Shown here: positions 28,169 to 38,304 of the stretch, piece after piece
Layout: each line of letters opens with the position of its first letter
Position numbering within the stretch: position 1 is the stretch's first letter
Assembly (NCBI GenBank): GCA_027345565.1
Contig: DAHWIF010000009.1
Coordinates: forward strand, 1 to 43,366
Direction: 5' to 3'
DNA length: 43,366 nt
Origin: Candidatus Micrarchaeota archaeon
Lineage (GTDB): Archaea; Micrarchaeota; Micrarchaeia; Micrarchaeales; Micrarchaeaceae
The notes under the pieces: generated by a model
What the model was told of the DNA's origin: nothing
Databases searched by the model: none
What the model saw: only the letters and a program-made list of their open reading frames with translations
Translations under genes and position numbers: made by a program

Positions 28169-28786
28169 TTAAGATATGTGTCTTGATACCTCTTCCATTA
28201 CCCTGCTGTGCACTTCGTCTGCACTCGCAGCGGCATCTATAACTCTGATGTCTCCCCACTGCAGCCTCGGCAGCCTAGCCAGCTTCATATATCCCTCCCT
28301 GACCTTTTTCTGGAGTTCTATGTTCTCGAACCTCTCTGGCCTCTTGTTACTGGTCTCAATCCTCTCAGCGGCAACCTCTGCAGGGAGATCGAATATGAGG
28401 GTTAATGAAGGTTTGGGGAATAGCGTCCAATTCACGTGCAGGAACTCCCCCATGTCCAGGCCGAACGCATACGCATATGCTGCAGTTGAATGATAATACT
28501 TGTCGCATATGATTGTGCTTCCGTTTGCGAGCCGCGGTTCTATTACCTGCAATACATGCTGTGATCTGTCCGCAGTGAAAACAAGCTGCATTGTGCGCGG
28601 ATCCAAGTTCCCTCCGGCCGCTTTCAGGTCATTCCTTATTATCGCACCAATGCCGTTATTTGTGGACTCGCTGGTCAGCACGGCAGGGTGGCCTTTCCTA
28701 AGCAGCTCATCGAAGAGAATCTTTGCCTGGGTGCTCTTCCCAGAGCCGTCTATTCCCTCTATGGCTATCAGCTTTCCACTTGCCAT
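28169..28786 (-). CDS. tmk: Thymidylate kinase
   Basis: IAIEGIDGSGKSTQ, FTADRSQH, DKYYHS (DRY variant) and ERFE..QKKVREGY. Confidence 0.92.
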   Translation of the reverse strand: MASGKLIAIEGIDGSGKSTQAKILFDELLRKGHPAVLTSESTNNGIGAIIRNDLKAAGGNLDPRTMQLVFTADRSQHVLQVIEPRLANGSTIICDKYYHSTAAYAYAFGLDMGEFLHVNWTLFPKPSLTLIFDLPAEVAAERIETSNKRPERFENIELQKKVREGYMKLARLPRLQWGDIRVIDAAASADEVHSRVMEEVSRHIS

Positions 28787-28870
28787 CTACGCACCTCCGA
28801 TTGGCCGGCTTGCACAACAATAGCGAGGCGCGGCTATTTAATATCCATGCATGGCGTGTAGGGCGTTTTG

Positions 28871-29158
28871 CTACTTAGAGAGGTCTGTCACTTCTGGGCT
28901 CGCTGCGCTCTCCTGCCTGTTGGACTGCCCGGAGCCTGACACCAAGACTACATCTCCTATGTTCTTGACGTTCTTGAAAAGCACGCTCTTCTGCTGGAGT
29001 ATCTTCCTTACCTCTGCCTTGTCTGAGCTCCTCCACTCCTGCATCAGCAGCCTGCTAACCTCCCCCCTCTCAAGGTCGACTATAGCATCCCTAACCTCGC
29101 CGAGGTACTGCCCATTGTCCCCGTATATGTCCATGCTGTATATCTCGCTGATCTTCAT
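28871..29158 (-). CDS. PRC-barrel domain protein (CdpB-like)
   Basis: ISEIYSMDIYGDNGQYLGEVRDAIVD..VKNIGDVVLV. Confidence 0.85.
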   Translation of the reverse strand: MKISEIYSMDIYGDNGQYLGEVRDAIVDLERGEVSRLLMQEWRSSDKAEVRKILQQKSVLFKNVKNIGDVVLVSGSGQSNRQESAASPEVTDLSK

Positions 29159-29290
29159 CTAATCGCCAGCATTCCCTCGTATGGTATGCTTAAATATCTT
29201 GTGCATGCGGCTATTGACTGGAAGTGCAGGCCGTGCCGGCTATCCGTGCCGCCCGCGCGCGGGTTTTACCGAGAGCAGCATACCGGAAGG

Positions 29291-29298
29291 TTTAAATA
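29291..29298 (+). promoter_or_regulatory. Putative TATA box of tfb (TTTAAATA)
   Basis: Consensus octamer preceded by purine-rich GGAAGG (BRE-like). Confidence 0.55.
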
Positions 29299-29394
29299 TC
29301 TATTTGTTCAGTATATTAGTGGCTAATTTTAGTAAAATTTAAAAAAGTTCCTGTTTCCTCAAAACGAAACCAGGACGTGTAGACGGTGAAAACG

Positions 29395-30513
29395 ATGGCA
29401 GCAAAAAGGCATACCAAGAGTAAATCATCCAAGGAGACTCGTCAAATAGCAACTAGAAGGATAGTAGTGAGTGACAACAAGCTTAACATAGAGGATAGCT
29501 CCATTAGGAGGCCGCGCGGCAGGCCGAAGAGCAATTTCGGCGAAAGCGCATACCTGCCAGGGCCCCAGCTGCCCGGCATGCCTGGAGGCGAACCGGAATC
29601 GCAGGAGGTACAGAGGAAATGCCCGAGCTGCGGCTCGATAGACATAATATTCGACAGCGAGCGTGGGGAGCGCGTCTGCAACAACTGCGGCCTTGTGATA
29701 GAGGAGAATGCGACAGACTCCGGCCCGGAATGGAGGGCTTTCGACGCTGACCAGAGGAACGCACGCGCAAGGACCGGCGCGCCGATAAAGTACGCTAAGC
29801 CGAACAGGGGCCTTGTAACAGAGATAGACCTCTACAACAAGGACATACGCGGAGTGAGGATACCGTCCAAGAGGCAGGCGCAGCTCTACCGCATGAGGAA
29901 ATGGCACAAGAGGGCGAGCATATCCAGCTCCAGCGAGAGAAACTACCTGATAGCCCTGCCGGAGCTCAATAGGGTGTCAAGCTATCTCGGGCTGCCGGAA
30001 AACATACGCGAGAACGCAGCGCTCCTTTACAGGAAGTGCGTGCAGAGCAACATGATAAGGGGAAGGCCCATAGAGACGGTTGTGCAGGCGGTCATATACG
30101 CAGCTTGCAGGAGCGCAGGCATGCCTAGGACTCTTGATGAGATATCGAGCATATCCGGGCTGCCGAAGAAGGAGATCGGCCGCGCTTACAGGGTCATATC
30201 CCACGAGCTTGGCCTCAAGATACCGCTTACGGATCCGATAAGCTACGTGCCGAGATACGTGAACTCGCTCAAGCTTAGCGGGGAGGCTCAGGAGAAATCC
30301 GTCGAGCTGCTCAGGCAGGCGATGAGGAAAGGGCTCGTATCCGGAAGGAGCCCGACAGGAGTTAGCGCAGCAGCGGTGTACATAGCAGGCGCGCTTTGCG
30401 GCGAGAGACGCACCCAGAAGGAGGTCGCCGATGTCGCGGGCGTGACAGAAGTTACGATAAGGAACAGGTACAGGGAGCTGAAGGACCAGCTCAACATCGA
30501 TGTGAACCTCTGA
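29395..30513 (+). CDS. tfb: Transcription initiation factor B with long N-terminal extension
   Basis: Zn ribbon CPSC..CNNCG, B-reader GPEWRAF, two cyclin repeats and GVTEVTIRNRYREL; ATG 5 nt after GGTGA. Confidence 0.97.
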   Translation: MAAKRHTKSKSSKETRQIATRRIVVSDNKLNIEDSSIRRPRGRPKSNFGESAYLPGPQLPGMPGGEPESQEVQRKCPSCGSIDIIFDSERGERVCNNCGLVIEENATDSGPEWRAFDADQRNARARTGAPIKYAKPNRGLVTEIDLYNKDIRGVRIPSKRQAQLYRMRKWHKRASISSSSERNYLIALPELNRVSSYLGLPENIRENAALLYRKCVQSNMIRGRPIETVVQAVIYAACRSAGMPRTLDEISSISGLPKKEIGRAYRVISHELGLKIPLTDPISYVPRYVNSLKLSGEAQEKSVELLRQAMRKGLVSGRSPTGVSAAAVYIAGALCGERRTQKEVADVAGVTEVTIRNRYRELKDQLNIDVNL

Positions 30514-30736
30514 GTTGGATTTCCAGCCCGGATCTTTTCCTTTTCGCTGCAGCTGCGCATTGCACTTGACAGGCAGCGCGAGTCCTTTCGGTCATGTTAG
30601 ACATATGGCGAATTTTCTGGAATCTGCAGAGCAGCTTTAAATAATCTGCTGTCAAAATTTCTCCAAGGGTTAAGTGGAAGGTAGTTCACTCTGGCGAGAC
30701 TACAACCACGGATGGATCACTTAAAGGGTGTAGAGA

Positions 30737-30979
30737 ATGGACGAGACGGAATTCGTAGAGGAGGGGGGAGTATATGACCTGCGCGTAAATGCAAAGGGCG
30801 CGCGTGGCGAGGGCATCGGCCGCATAGGGAGCCTTGTTGTCTTTGTGAACAATGCGAAGACAAGGATAGGGAACAACTACAAGGTCAAGGTGACTAAGGT
30901 GCACAGGACCTTCGCTTATGCAGAGCTCAACGGCGGCATGAGAGAGATAATAGGCAACGGAAGCCAACTTGAGTTCTGA
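30737..30979 (+). CDS. Single TRAM-domain protein (RNA chaperone-like)
   Basis: VEEGGVY..KGARGEGIGRI..LVVFV..KVKVTKV..FAYAE; TTTAAATA at 30636-30643. Confidence 0.9.
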   Translation: MDETEFVEEGGVYDLRVNAKGARGEGIGRIGSLVVFVNNAKTRIGNNYKVKVTKVHRTFAYAELNGGMREIIGNGSQLEF

Positions 30980-31094
30980 CGCGGAATCAGATAGCCTTAT
31001 ATACTTAATGGTGTTAACCCTATTGGGCGTGAACTTAAGCATCGAATTCCATGCTTGAGTGCATTGGTTTATTTCGTTCTCACGGGTCATTTAG

Positions 31095-31730
31095 ATGAAG
31101 TCTGAGTATGTGAAATACCTAAAAGGCACAACCACCATCGGGGTGGTCTGCAGCGACGGAGTAGTGATAGGCGGCGACACGAGGGCCACGATGGGCAACT
31201 TGATAGCGAACTCCGAATCGAGGAAGGTATTCAAGATAGACAACAACCTGGGCATAACCATAGCAGGGGCTGTTGGAGACGCACAGGAGATAATAAGGAT
31301 ACTCAAGGCGCAGAACGAGATATACAAGATGAATGAGGGCAGGCCGCTCTCCCCAAAATCTGCCATATCCCTGCTTTCGGTAATATTCCAGCAGAACAAG
31401 ATGATGCCGTATATGGTGGCGAACCTTGTAGCAGGATTGGACGGCGATGATCCGCAGCTCTACTCGATCGACCCGTTAGGCGGCGTCACCGAGGAGTCGA
31501 AGTTCGCGTCTGTCGGCAGCGGTTCAGAGACCGCTTTGGGCTACATAGAGGACGCTTACAAGAAGGGAGTGGCCACCAAGGATGCGGTGAAGATGGTGGC
31601 CAAGGCGCTGAGCATAGCGATGAGACGTGACTCAGCGACCGGAGACAGCATGATAGTTGCAGCGATAACAAAGTCCGGCTATACAGAATACAGCGGAAAG
31701 GACATTGAGAAGGTCGTGGCGGCGAAGTAA
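31095..31730 (+). CDS. psmB: Proteasome subunit beta
   Basis: Short propeptide then KG|TTTIG, DTRAT, GSGS and RDSATG. Confidence 0.96.
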   Translation: MKSEYVKYLKGTTTIGVVCSDGVVIGGDTRATMGNLIANSESRKVFKIDNNLGITIAGAVGDAQEIIRILKAQNEIYKMNEGRPLSPKSAISLLSVIFQQNKMMPYMVANLVAGLDGDDPQLYSIDPLGGVTEESKFASVGSGSETALGYIEDAYKKGVATKDAVKMVAKALSIAMRRDSATGDSMIVAAITKSGYTEYSGKDIEKVVAAK

Positions 31731-31783
31731 GGACCGGCTTGCCGCAATGAAGGAAGCGATCGCAAATACGCTAAGTCCTACCA

Positions 31784-33739
31784 GTGATAATTTTGGACGA
31801 GAAAGAATCGAAAGAAAAGGCCAAGGAGCAACTTGGCCAGATTTTTGACAAGATAAAGTCGATGATGCCTGACGAAGCCGGGTTCATCAAGGCGGAGTTC
31901 GAGGGCCCTGACATCGTGATATACCTGAAGAACGCCAAGGCGGTCTACCAGGATGACATGATAGTGAGGAGCATAGCCTCGGCTGTGAAGAAGAAGCTCA
32001 TAATCAGGAGCGACGAGGCGCACCTGATGGAGCCGGAGAAGGCCAAGGAAGCCATATCCGCGATTGTCCCGAAGGAGGCGGTGATAGCAAACATAAGGTT
32101 CATGCCTAGATTCTCGGAGGTATACATAGAGGCGATGAAGCCTGGCCTAGTCATAGGCAAGGGCGGGTCCACTCTGAAGGCGATATCTATGCAGACGGGG
32201 TGGTGCCCAAAGGTGCTGCGCACCCCGACGATGAGCAGCGAAACAATATCGGGGGTAAGGCAGCTGCTGTTCAACGAGGAGGATTTCAGGAAGAAGTTCC
32301 TTACGAACGTCGGCAAGGACATAAACAGGGTGATAGCGAAGAGCGACTGGCTGAAGGCGACGGCGCTCGGGGGCTACAGGGAGGTCGGGAGGAGCAGCCT
32401 GCTTCTCGAGACCCCGAACTCCAAGATACTGGTGGACTGCGGGCTCAGCCCAGAGCCATCCGCAAGGGGGAGCGACGCGGATGCGAACAAGGCGTTCCCC
32501 TACCTCGACAGCGCGAACCTATCGATAAACGAGCTTAACGCAGTGGTCATAACGCACTCGCACATGGACCACATGGGTTTCATCCCCTACCTGTTCAAGT
32601 ACGGCTATGACGGGCCGGTTTACTGCACGCCGCCCACGAGGGACCTATTCGCGCTGCTACTGAAGGATTACGTGAAGCTTGTGCAGAGGGCCGGCGGCAC
32701 GCCGCTATACGACGAGAAAGACGTGAGGAAGATGCTGCTTCACACCATAACGAGGGAGTACAACGAGGTTACGAACATAACGGATGAGATGAAGCTCACA
32801 TACCACAATGCCGGCCACATACTTGGCAGCGGGACCGTGCACCTGCACGTAGGCGAGGGGATGCACAACATAGTGCACACCGGCGACATGAAATACGGCT
32901 TCACCAGGCTGTTTGACTCCGCGAACGTCAGATACCCGAGAGTTGACTCGCTTTTCATGGAGAGCACCTATGGCGGCCAGAACGACATCACGCCGAACAG
33001 GCACGAGCAGGAGCGCATGCTCATGGAGACCATAAAGAGGACTGTTCAGGGAGGCGGCAAGGTGCTGATACCCGTCTTCGCGGTTGGCAGGGCGCAGGAG
33101 ATACAGATGGTATTGGAGAGCTACCTGGCGAACGAGGGCCCGTACAAGATGGAGGTTCCGGTCTACCTTGACGGCATGATACTGGAGGCTAGCGCCATAC
33201 ACACAGCGTATCCGGAATACTTGAAGGAGAGCCTGAGGAACAGGATACTGAACAACAGGAGCCCGTTCGAGAGCGAGATATTCGAGATAGCTAAGGGCGA
33301 GAGGGCTGAGCTTATGGAGAAGGGCCCGTCAATAGTTGTGGCGAGCGGCGGGATGATGAACGGGGGCGCCAGCGTCGAGTACTTCCGCATGCTGGCTGAG
33401 GATCCTAAGAACACGCTCATATTCGTGGGGTTCAACAGCGCCAACTCGCTTGGGAGGCGCCTGCAGAACGGCCTCAGGGATGTAGTCCTCCCGGACCAGG
33501 ACGGAAAGCTCGCGCCGCTGAAGGTGAACATGAACGTCGTAACCGTTGAGGGCTTCTCCGGCCACAGCGACAGGCGTCAGCTGGTCGGCTTCGCCGAGAA
33601 CCTTAGGCCGAAGCCGAAGACGATTTTCACGATGCACGGGGAAGAGAGCAAATGCGAGGACCTTGCGAGGACCTTGGGAAGGCTGATGCACGTCGATTCG
33701 AGAGCTCCGATGAATCTAGATACGATAAGGCTGAAATGA
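31784..33739 (+). CDS. fttA: aCPSF1 / FttA KH-beta-CASP ribonuclease (transcription termination factor)
   Basis: KH PGLVIGKGG, LGGYREVGRS, HSHMDH, AGHILGS, ESTYG, FSGHSD and NLDTIRL; adjacent to psmB. Confidence 0.95.
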   Translation: MIILDEKESKEKAKEQLGQIFDKIKSMMPDEAGFIKAEFEGPDIVIYLKNAKAVYQDDMIVRSIASAVKKKLIIRSDEAHLMEPEKAKEAISAIVPKEAVIANIRFMPRFSEVYIEAMKPGLVIGKGGSTLKAISMQTGWCPKVLRTPTMSSETISGVRQLLFNEEDFRKKFLTNVGKDINRVIAKSDWLKATALGGYREVGRSSLLLETPNSKILVDCGLSPEPSARGSDADANKAFPYLDSANLSINELNAVVITHSHMDHMGFIPYLFKYGYDGPVYCTPPTRDLFALLLKDYVKLVQRAGGTPLYDEKDVRKMLLHTITREYNEVTNITDEMKLTYHNAGHILGSGTVHLHVGEGMHNIVHTGDMKYGFTRLFDSANVRYPRVDSLFMESTYGGQNDITPNRHEQERMLMETIKRTVQGGGKVLIPVFAVGRAQEIQMVLESYLANEGPYKMEVPVYLDGMILEASAIHTAYPEYLKESLRNRILNNRSPFESEIFEIAKGERAELMEKGPSIVVASGGMMNGGASVEYFRMLAEDPKNTLIFVGFNSANSLGRRLQNGLRDVVLPDQDGKLAPLKVNMNVVTVEGFSGHSDRRQLVGFAENLRPKPKTIFTMHGEESKCEDLARTLGRLMHVDSRAPMNLDTIRLK

Positions 33740-34257
33740 TGAAAGTTATCCTTTATATGGCAACAACGCCCAATGGCATGATTGCAAGAAAGAATGATGA
33801 CTCTGATTTTATATCGGGAACAGAATGGAAGGAGTACCTTAAGATGATAAAAAGATGTGGCAACGTTATAATAGGCAGGAGGACTTTTGAGATTTGCGCT
33901 TACGACCAGCACATTTTTCCATTCCCCAATGCCCTGAATGTGGTAATGACAAAGGGACGGATAAAGAACAGGTGGCCTATACAGGTGGTGACCACGAATA
34001 AGTCGCCAAAACAGGTCATATCGATGCTTAAGGAGAAGGGGTTTGCATATGCATTGCTAGCTGGCGGTGCAAAGCTCAATTCGAGCTTCATGAAGCAAGG
34101 ACTGGTTAATGAGATTTATCTCGATGTTATACCTCGCATGCTTGGAGGAGGCATAAGTCTATTTTCTGACTCTAATTTTGAATCCAGACTGAAACTGATT
34201 GGTACCAGAAAATTTTCACCCAACATAATACAATTGCACTACAAAGTGCTCAGATAA
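33736..34257 (+). CDS. Dihydrofolate reductase / RibD C-terminal family protein
   Basis: KVILYMATTPNGMIA, IIGRRTFE, AGGAKL..GLVNEI and P.MLGGGISLF; ATGA overlap with fttA; AT-richer. Confidence 0.88.
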   Translation: MMKVILYMATTPNGMIARKNDDSDFISGTEWKEYLKMIKRCGNVIIGRRTFEICAYDQHIFPFPNALNVVMTKGRIKNRWPIQVVTTNKSPKQVISMLKEKGFAYALLAGGAKLNSSFMKQGLVNEIYLDVIPRMLGGGISLFSDSNFESRLKLIGTRKFSPNIIQLHYKVLR

Positions 34258-35373
34258 TCAGAACAGCCCGAACTTCTTCTTGCCGCTGTGCGTCTTGCCG
34301 CCATCGAGTTCGGCGAACCTTTCGAGCAGTGCCTTCTGCTCGGGGCTCAGGCTTTTCGGGACGTCCACTATGACCCTTATCACTTCGTCGCCATGCCCGT
34401 TGCCGTTGAACTTCGGCATGCCCTTGTTCTTGAGGTAAAGTTTCGTGTCGGTCTGCGTGCCGGGCTCTATTTTTACCCTTTCGCTTCCGTCAAGCGTCTC
34501 CACCTCTACCGTTCCGCCGAGAGCAGCCACATAGAAAGGCAGGTGCAGGTCTACGCGCAGGTCATTGCCATTTCTCGTGAAGAGCTTGTCCTTCAGCACA
34601 TTTATGTCGACGTAGAGGTCCCCCTGCCTCTCTTCGCCATAGTCCCCCATCCCGCGGACCCTGAGCCTCGTGCCCGTGTCGACGCCTGGCGGCACCTTGA
34701 AATCTATCTTATCCTCAACGCGGATCCTCCCTTTGCCATTGCACTTCCTGCAGGCCTTCTCTACGCTCTTGCCGGAGCCACCGCAATCCGGGCACGGCGT
34801 TATCGTCTGCATCACCCCGAACGGCGTCCTCCTGGTCGTCCTCACCTGTCCTGTGCCGTTACACCTCCTGCATTTCTGCACGCCGGTGCCTCCGATGCCA
34901 TCGCAAACGTCGCATCTCTTCACGTGGTTGACGAACACCTTCTTGTTTGTACCGGTTGCCGCCTCGCTGAGAGTGACATCGACCCTGGCGAGGATGTCGC
35001 TGCCAATATCAGAATGCCTGGATGCATGCCTCCCCATGTCGAATATGCTGAAGAGGTCGCTGTCGCCGAAGCCGAACTGTATGCCCATCTGCTTGAATAT
35101 CTCGTCTATGTTGAAGTTCCTGAAGATGTCCTCCTGCGTGAACCTCTGGCTGAAGCCCTCAGGCCCGAAGGTATCGTACTGCCTACGCTTCTCCGGATCG
35201 CTCAGGACCGCATACGCCTCGTTCACCTCCTTGAATTTTTCCTCTGCGTCCTTGTTCTTGTTCCTGTCTGGGTGCAGCTTCAGGGCAAGCTCCCTGTACG
35301 CTCTCTTTATCTCCGCTTCGCTAGCGCTCCTCGGCACCCCCAGGATTTCATAGTAGTCTTGCTTCCCTGCCAA
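34258..35373 (-). CDS. dnaJ: Chaperone DnaJ
   Basis: J-domain [13 protein letters not shown] region and four CxxCxGxG repeats. Confidence 0.97.
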   Translation of the reverse strand: MAGKQDYYEILGVPRSASEAEIKRAYRELALKLHPDRNKNKDAEEKFKEVNEAYAVLSDPEKRRQYDTFGPEGFSQRFTQEDIFRNFNIDEIFKQMGIQFGFGDSDLFSIFDMGRHASRHSDIGSDILARVDVTLSEAATGTNKKVFVNHVKRCDVCDGIGGTGVQKCRRCNGTGQVRTTRRTPFGVMQTITPCPDCGGSGKSVEKACRKCNGKGRIRVEDKIDFKVPPGVDTGTRLRVRGMGDYGEERQGDLYVDINVLKDKLFTRNGNDLRVDLHLPFYVAALGGTVEVETLDGSERVKIEPGTQTDTKLYLKNKGMPKFNGNGHGDEVIRVIVDVPKSLSPEQKALLERFAELDGGKTHSGKKKFGLF

Positions 35374-35379
35374 GGCGCA

Positions 35380-37212
35380 TCACTTCTCTACCTTGAAATC
35401 GGTGTCGGTGGCGTTGGGGTCTGCCCCCTGGTCCGGGTTCTGTCCATCGCCGGGCTGCTGCCCCTCGCCGCCCTTGTACATGCTCGCACCGATCTCCTCC
35501 ATCGCGCCTTTCAGCTCCTCCATTCTGCTCTTTATCTCTTCGTAATCTTCCTTCTTCACAGCTTCTGCGAGTGACTCCTTTGCCTTCGTTATCTTTTCGA
35601 CCGTCTCCTTAGGCACCTTCTCCTTGTACTCCTCCAGGGAGCGCTCGCTCGTGTAGATCAGCGACTCGGCGCTGTTCTTGAGCTCCACCTGCTCGCGTAT
35701 CTTCTTGTCTTCCTCTTCGAACTGCTGCGCCTCCTGCATCTTCTTGTCGATATCGTCCTTGCTCATCTTGTGCGGCGCTACTATGTCCATGCTCTGCGAC
35801 TTGCCGGTCTTGACGTCCTTGGCCGTCACGTGCAATATGCCGTTGGAGTCTATGTCGAAAGTGACCTCTATCTGCGGGATGCCCCTCCTAGCCGGAGGTA
35901 TTCCGGTAAGGGCGAACCTGCCGAGGTCTATGTTGTCTTTCGAGAGGGCGCGCTCTCCCTGCGTTATGTGTATGTCGACGCGGTCCTGCATGTCATCGGC
36001 TGTTGTGAATACCTGCGACTTCTTGACAGGTATGGTCGTATTCCTCTCTATCAGCTTTGTCGCAACGCCGCCAAGCGTCTCTATGCTGAGGGAGAGCGGG
36101 GTCACATCGAGAAGGACTATGTCCTTGACCTCTCCGGTCAGCACCCCGGCCTGTATGGCGGCGCCGAGGGCGACGCACTCCATTGGATCGACTCCACGCT
36201 CCACTTTCTTGCCCAGAAGCTGCTCCACATACCTCTGCACTATCGGCATCCTTGTCGGCCCGCCTACGAGTATCACCTTGTCGAGCTGGTTGGGCTCCAT
36301 CTTCGCGTCCTTCAGCGCCTGCATCACTGACTTGGCGGACTTCTCTATTATCGGAACCACCAGAGCCTCTAACTTCGCCCTCGTGAACTTGTAGGTGAAG
36401 TTTATCGGGTTGCCTTTCTGGTCCTTGCTCAGGAAGGGCAAATTTATATCTGTGTCGAGGACCGTGGAGAGCTCTATCTTGGCGCGCTCCCCGGCCTCCC
36501 TGAGCCTCTGCATCGCCTGGCGGTCCTTAGTTATGTCGACGCCGGTCTTCTCCTTTATCTCTTTGGCCAGCATGTCAACTATCGCATTGTCCATGTCGGT
36601 CCCGCCGAGCTGCGTGTCGCCGTTCGTCGAGACGACCTCGAAGACCCCCTTGCCGAAGTCCATGATCGTCACGTCGAGGGTGCCCCCGCCTAGGTCATAT
36701 ACCAGTATCTTCATCTCCTTATTCGCCTTGTCGATGCCGTATGCGAGCGATGCCGCGGTAGGCTCGTTAACAAGCCTCACCACCTTCAATCCCGCAATCT
36801 CTCCTGCATCCTTGGTGGCCTGCCTCTGGTTGTCATTGAAGTATGCAGGCACAGTGATGACGGCCTCCTTGACCTCCTCGCCCAAGAACGATTCCGCATC
36901 CTTCTTTATCTTCTGGAGAAGCATTGCTGAGAGCTCCTGCGGCGAGTACTCCTTCCCGAATATCTTGTACTTGTAATCTGTCCCCATCTTCCGCTTGAAC
37001 GCGAATGCCGTGCCATCAGGATTCGCCACCGCCTGCCTTCTTGCCGGCTCTCCAATCAGCCTCTGCCCGTCCTTCGTGAACGCGACGAAGCTCGGAAACG
37101 CCTTGCCGTATAAAGACGTTCCTTCAGCGCTTGGAATTATTACCGGGCGTCCGCCCTCCAGCACTGCTGCTGCTGAATTTGAAGTTCCGAGGTCCACTCC
37201 TATTATTTTCAT
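35380..37212 (-). CDS. dnaK: Chaperone DnaK (Hsp70)
   Basis: [28 protein letters not shown] and [10 protein letters not shown]; ATG 5 nt after GGTGA. Confidence 0.98.
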   Translation of the reverse strand: MKIIGVDLGTSNSAAAVLEGGRPVIIPSAEGTSLYGKAFPSFVAFTKDGQRLIGEPARRQAVANPDGTAFAFKRKMGTDYKYKIFGKEYSPQELSAMLLQKIKKDAESFLGEEVKEAVITVPAYFNDNQRQATKDAGEIAGLKVVRLVNEPTAASLAYGIDKANKEMKILVYDLGGGTLDVTIMDFGKGVFEVVSTNGDTQLGGTDMDNAIVDMLAKEIKEKTGVDITKDRQAMQRLREAGERAKIELSTVLDTDINLPFLSKDQKGNPINFTYKFTRAKLEALVVPIIEKSAKSVMQALKDAKMEPNQLDKVILVGGPTRMPIVQRYVEQLLGKKVERGVDPMECVALGAAIQAGVLTGEVKDIVLLDVTPLSLSIETLGGVATKLIERNTTIPVKKSQVFTTADDMQDRVDIHITQGERALSKDNIDLGRFALTGIPPARRGIPQIEVTFDIDSNGILHVTAKDVKTGKSQSMDIVAPHKMSKDDIDKKMQEAQQFEEEDKKIREQVELKNSAESLIYTSERSLEEYKEKVPKETVEKITKAKESLAEAVKKEDYEEIKSRMEELKGAMEEIGASMYKGGEGQQPGDGQNPDQGADPNATDTDFKVEK

Positions 37213-37231
37213 GTTTTTCACCTTTTTATCG

Positions 37232-37744
37232 CTATTTTTCCTTTTTCTCCTCTTCAGTCTCTTTCGCTATTATCACAGATGCAGGTCTGAGCATTATCCC
37301 ATTGAAGGTGTATCCCTTCTTTACCACCTCTAGTATCGTGCCTGGCTTCTTGCTGCTCCCAGCCTTCACCACCACTATCTCGTGCTTGTACGGATCGAAC
37401 GCTCCATCGGTGCTTATCTCCGTGAGCCCTTCCCTTTCAAGGGAATCCATGAGATTCGAATAAACCATCTCAACACCTTTCGCGAGGCTCCTGTCCTGCG
37501 ACGAGCTTATCGAGAGCATCGCGAGCTCGAATTCGTCAAGCACTGGCAGCAGGCCCTGCAGGATTTCCGCCTTTCCGAGCGCCTGGGCCTTCTCCATGTC
37601 GGATTTGACTCTCTTCTTGTAGTTGTCGAACTCTGCTGCAAGGCGGAGCATTCTCTCCTTCATCTCGGCCTGCTCGTCCTTCGGCTTTTCCTCCTTGTCG
37701 CTCTTGGCGTCTACTTTTGCCTTTTCCTCTTCGTTCTCGGTAAT
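37232..37744 (-). CDS. grpE: Nucleotide exchange factor GrpE
   Basis: [25 protein letters not shown] and KKGY..LRPASV. Acidic N-terminal extension open up to ATT 37744; first in-frame ATG is 37663. Confidence 0.94.
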   Translation of the reverse strand: MTENEEEKAKVDAKSDKEEKPKDEQAEMKERMLRLAAEFDNYKKRVKSDMEKAQALGKAEILQGLLPVLDEFELAMLSISSSQDRSLAKGVEMVYSNLMDSLEREGLTEISTDGAFDPYKHEIVVVKAGSSKKPGTILEVVKKGYTFNGIMLRPASVIIAKETEEEKKEK

Positions 37745-38172
37745 GCGATCACCTTTCTATCCTTTTGCGGCTCCAACTGGCTGTAAAACATCCTGTCGAA
37801 CTCCTTTGCCATGTCAAGCATACGCTGCATCTCCCTGTTTATGTCGTATTCGAGTTCCTCTATCACTTTGGACATCTCGGTAGCTCTCAAATGGTACTTC
37901 CTGCCGTGCTTCACTATTATGCCGGCATTAATGAACCTGTTGAGGTGGTATATCACTGTGCTCCTTGCAACATCGCGGTCGAACTTGAGCTCGGAGCTGG
38001 AGAGCCCCTCCTCCCCTTCCCTTGCCGCCTCCGTGAAGTCCCTGAGTATCTGCTCCTCTATGCTGTTCTTCTCATCTCCAGATAGGCCGAGCACGGCGAC
38101 AAACCACCTGATTATCTTATCGGGATCCTTCTCGTCGGGCTTCTCAATCGCTCTGATCTCTATCTTCTCCAT
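37711..38172 (-). CDS. Winged-helix transcriptional regulator heading the grpE-dnaK-dnaJ operon
   Basis: GLSSSEL..VARSTVIYHLNRFINAGIIVK..YHLR helix-turn-helix and wing, followed by a coiled-coil. Confidence 0.82.
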   Translation of the reverse strand: MEKIEIRAIEKPDEKDPDKIIRWFVAVLGLSGDEKNSIEEQILRDFTEAAREGEEGLSSSELKFDRDVARSTVIYHLNRFINAGIIVKHGRKYHLRATEMSKVIEELEYDINREMQRMLDMAKEFDRMFYSQLEPQKDRKVIALPRTKRKRQK

Positions 38173-38304
38173 AGCACCCCATCGTAGTATTATGGGGTTA
38201 AGATATAAATATCTTGCGTTTTGTAGTATGTTTTATTGACATATCAAATAAAAGCTGTAGAAAGAGGCTGGAGTGCGATTAGAGGGGGCTGCAGTCCGGC
38301 TGCG

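Noticed and set aside
38231-38253. TTTTATT-N9-AATAAAA inverted repeat
   Set aside because: Low-complexity A/T arms; could be chance or a simple terminator for the upstream hypothetical gene, so it cannot be supported as a distinct element.
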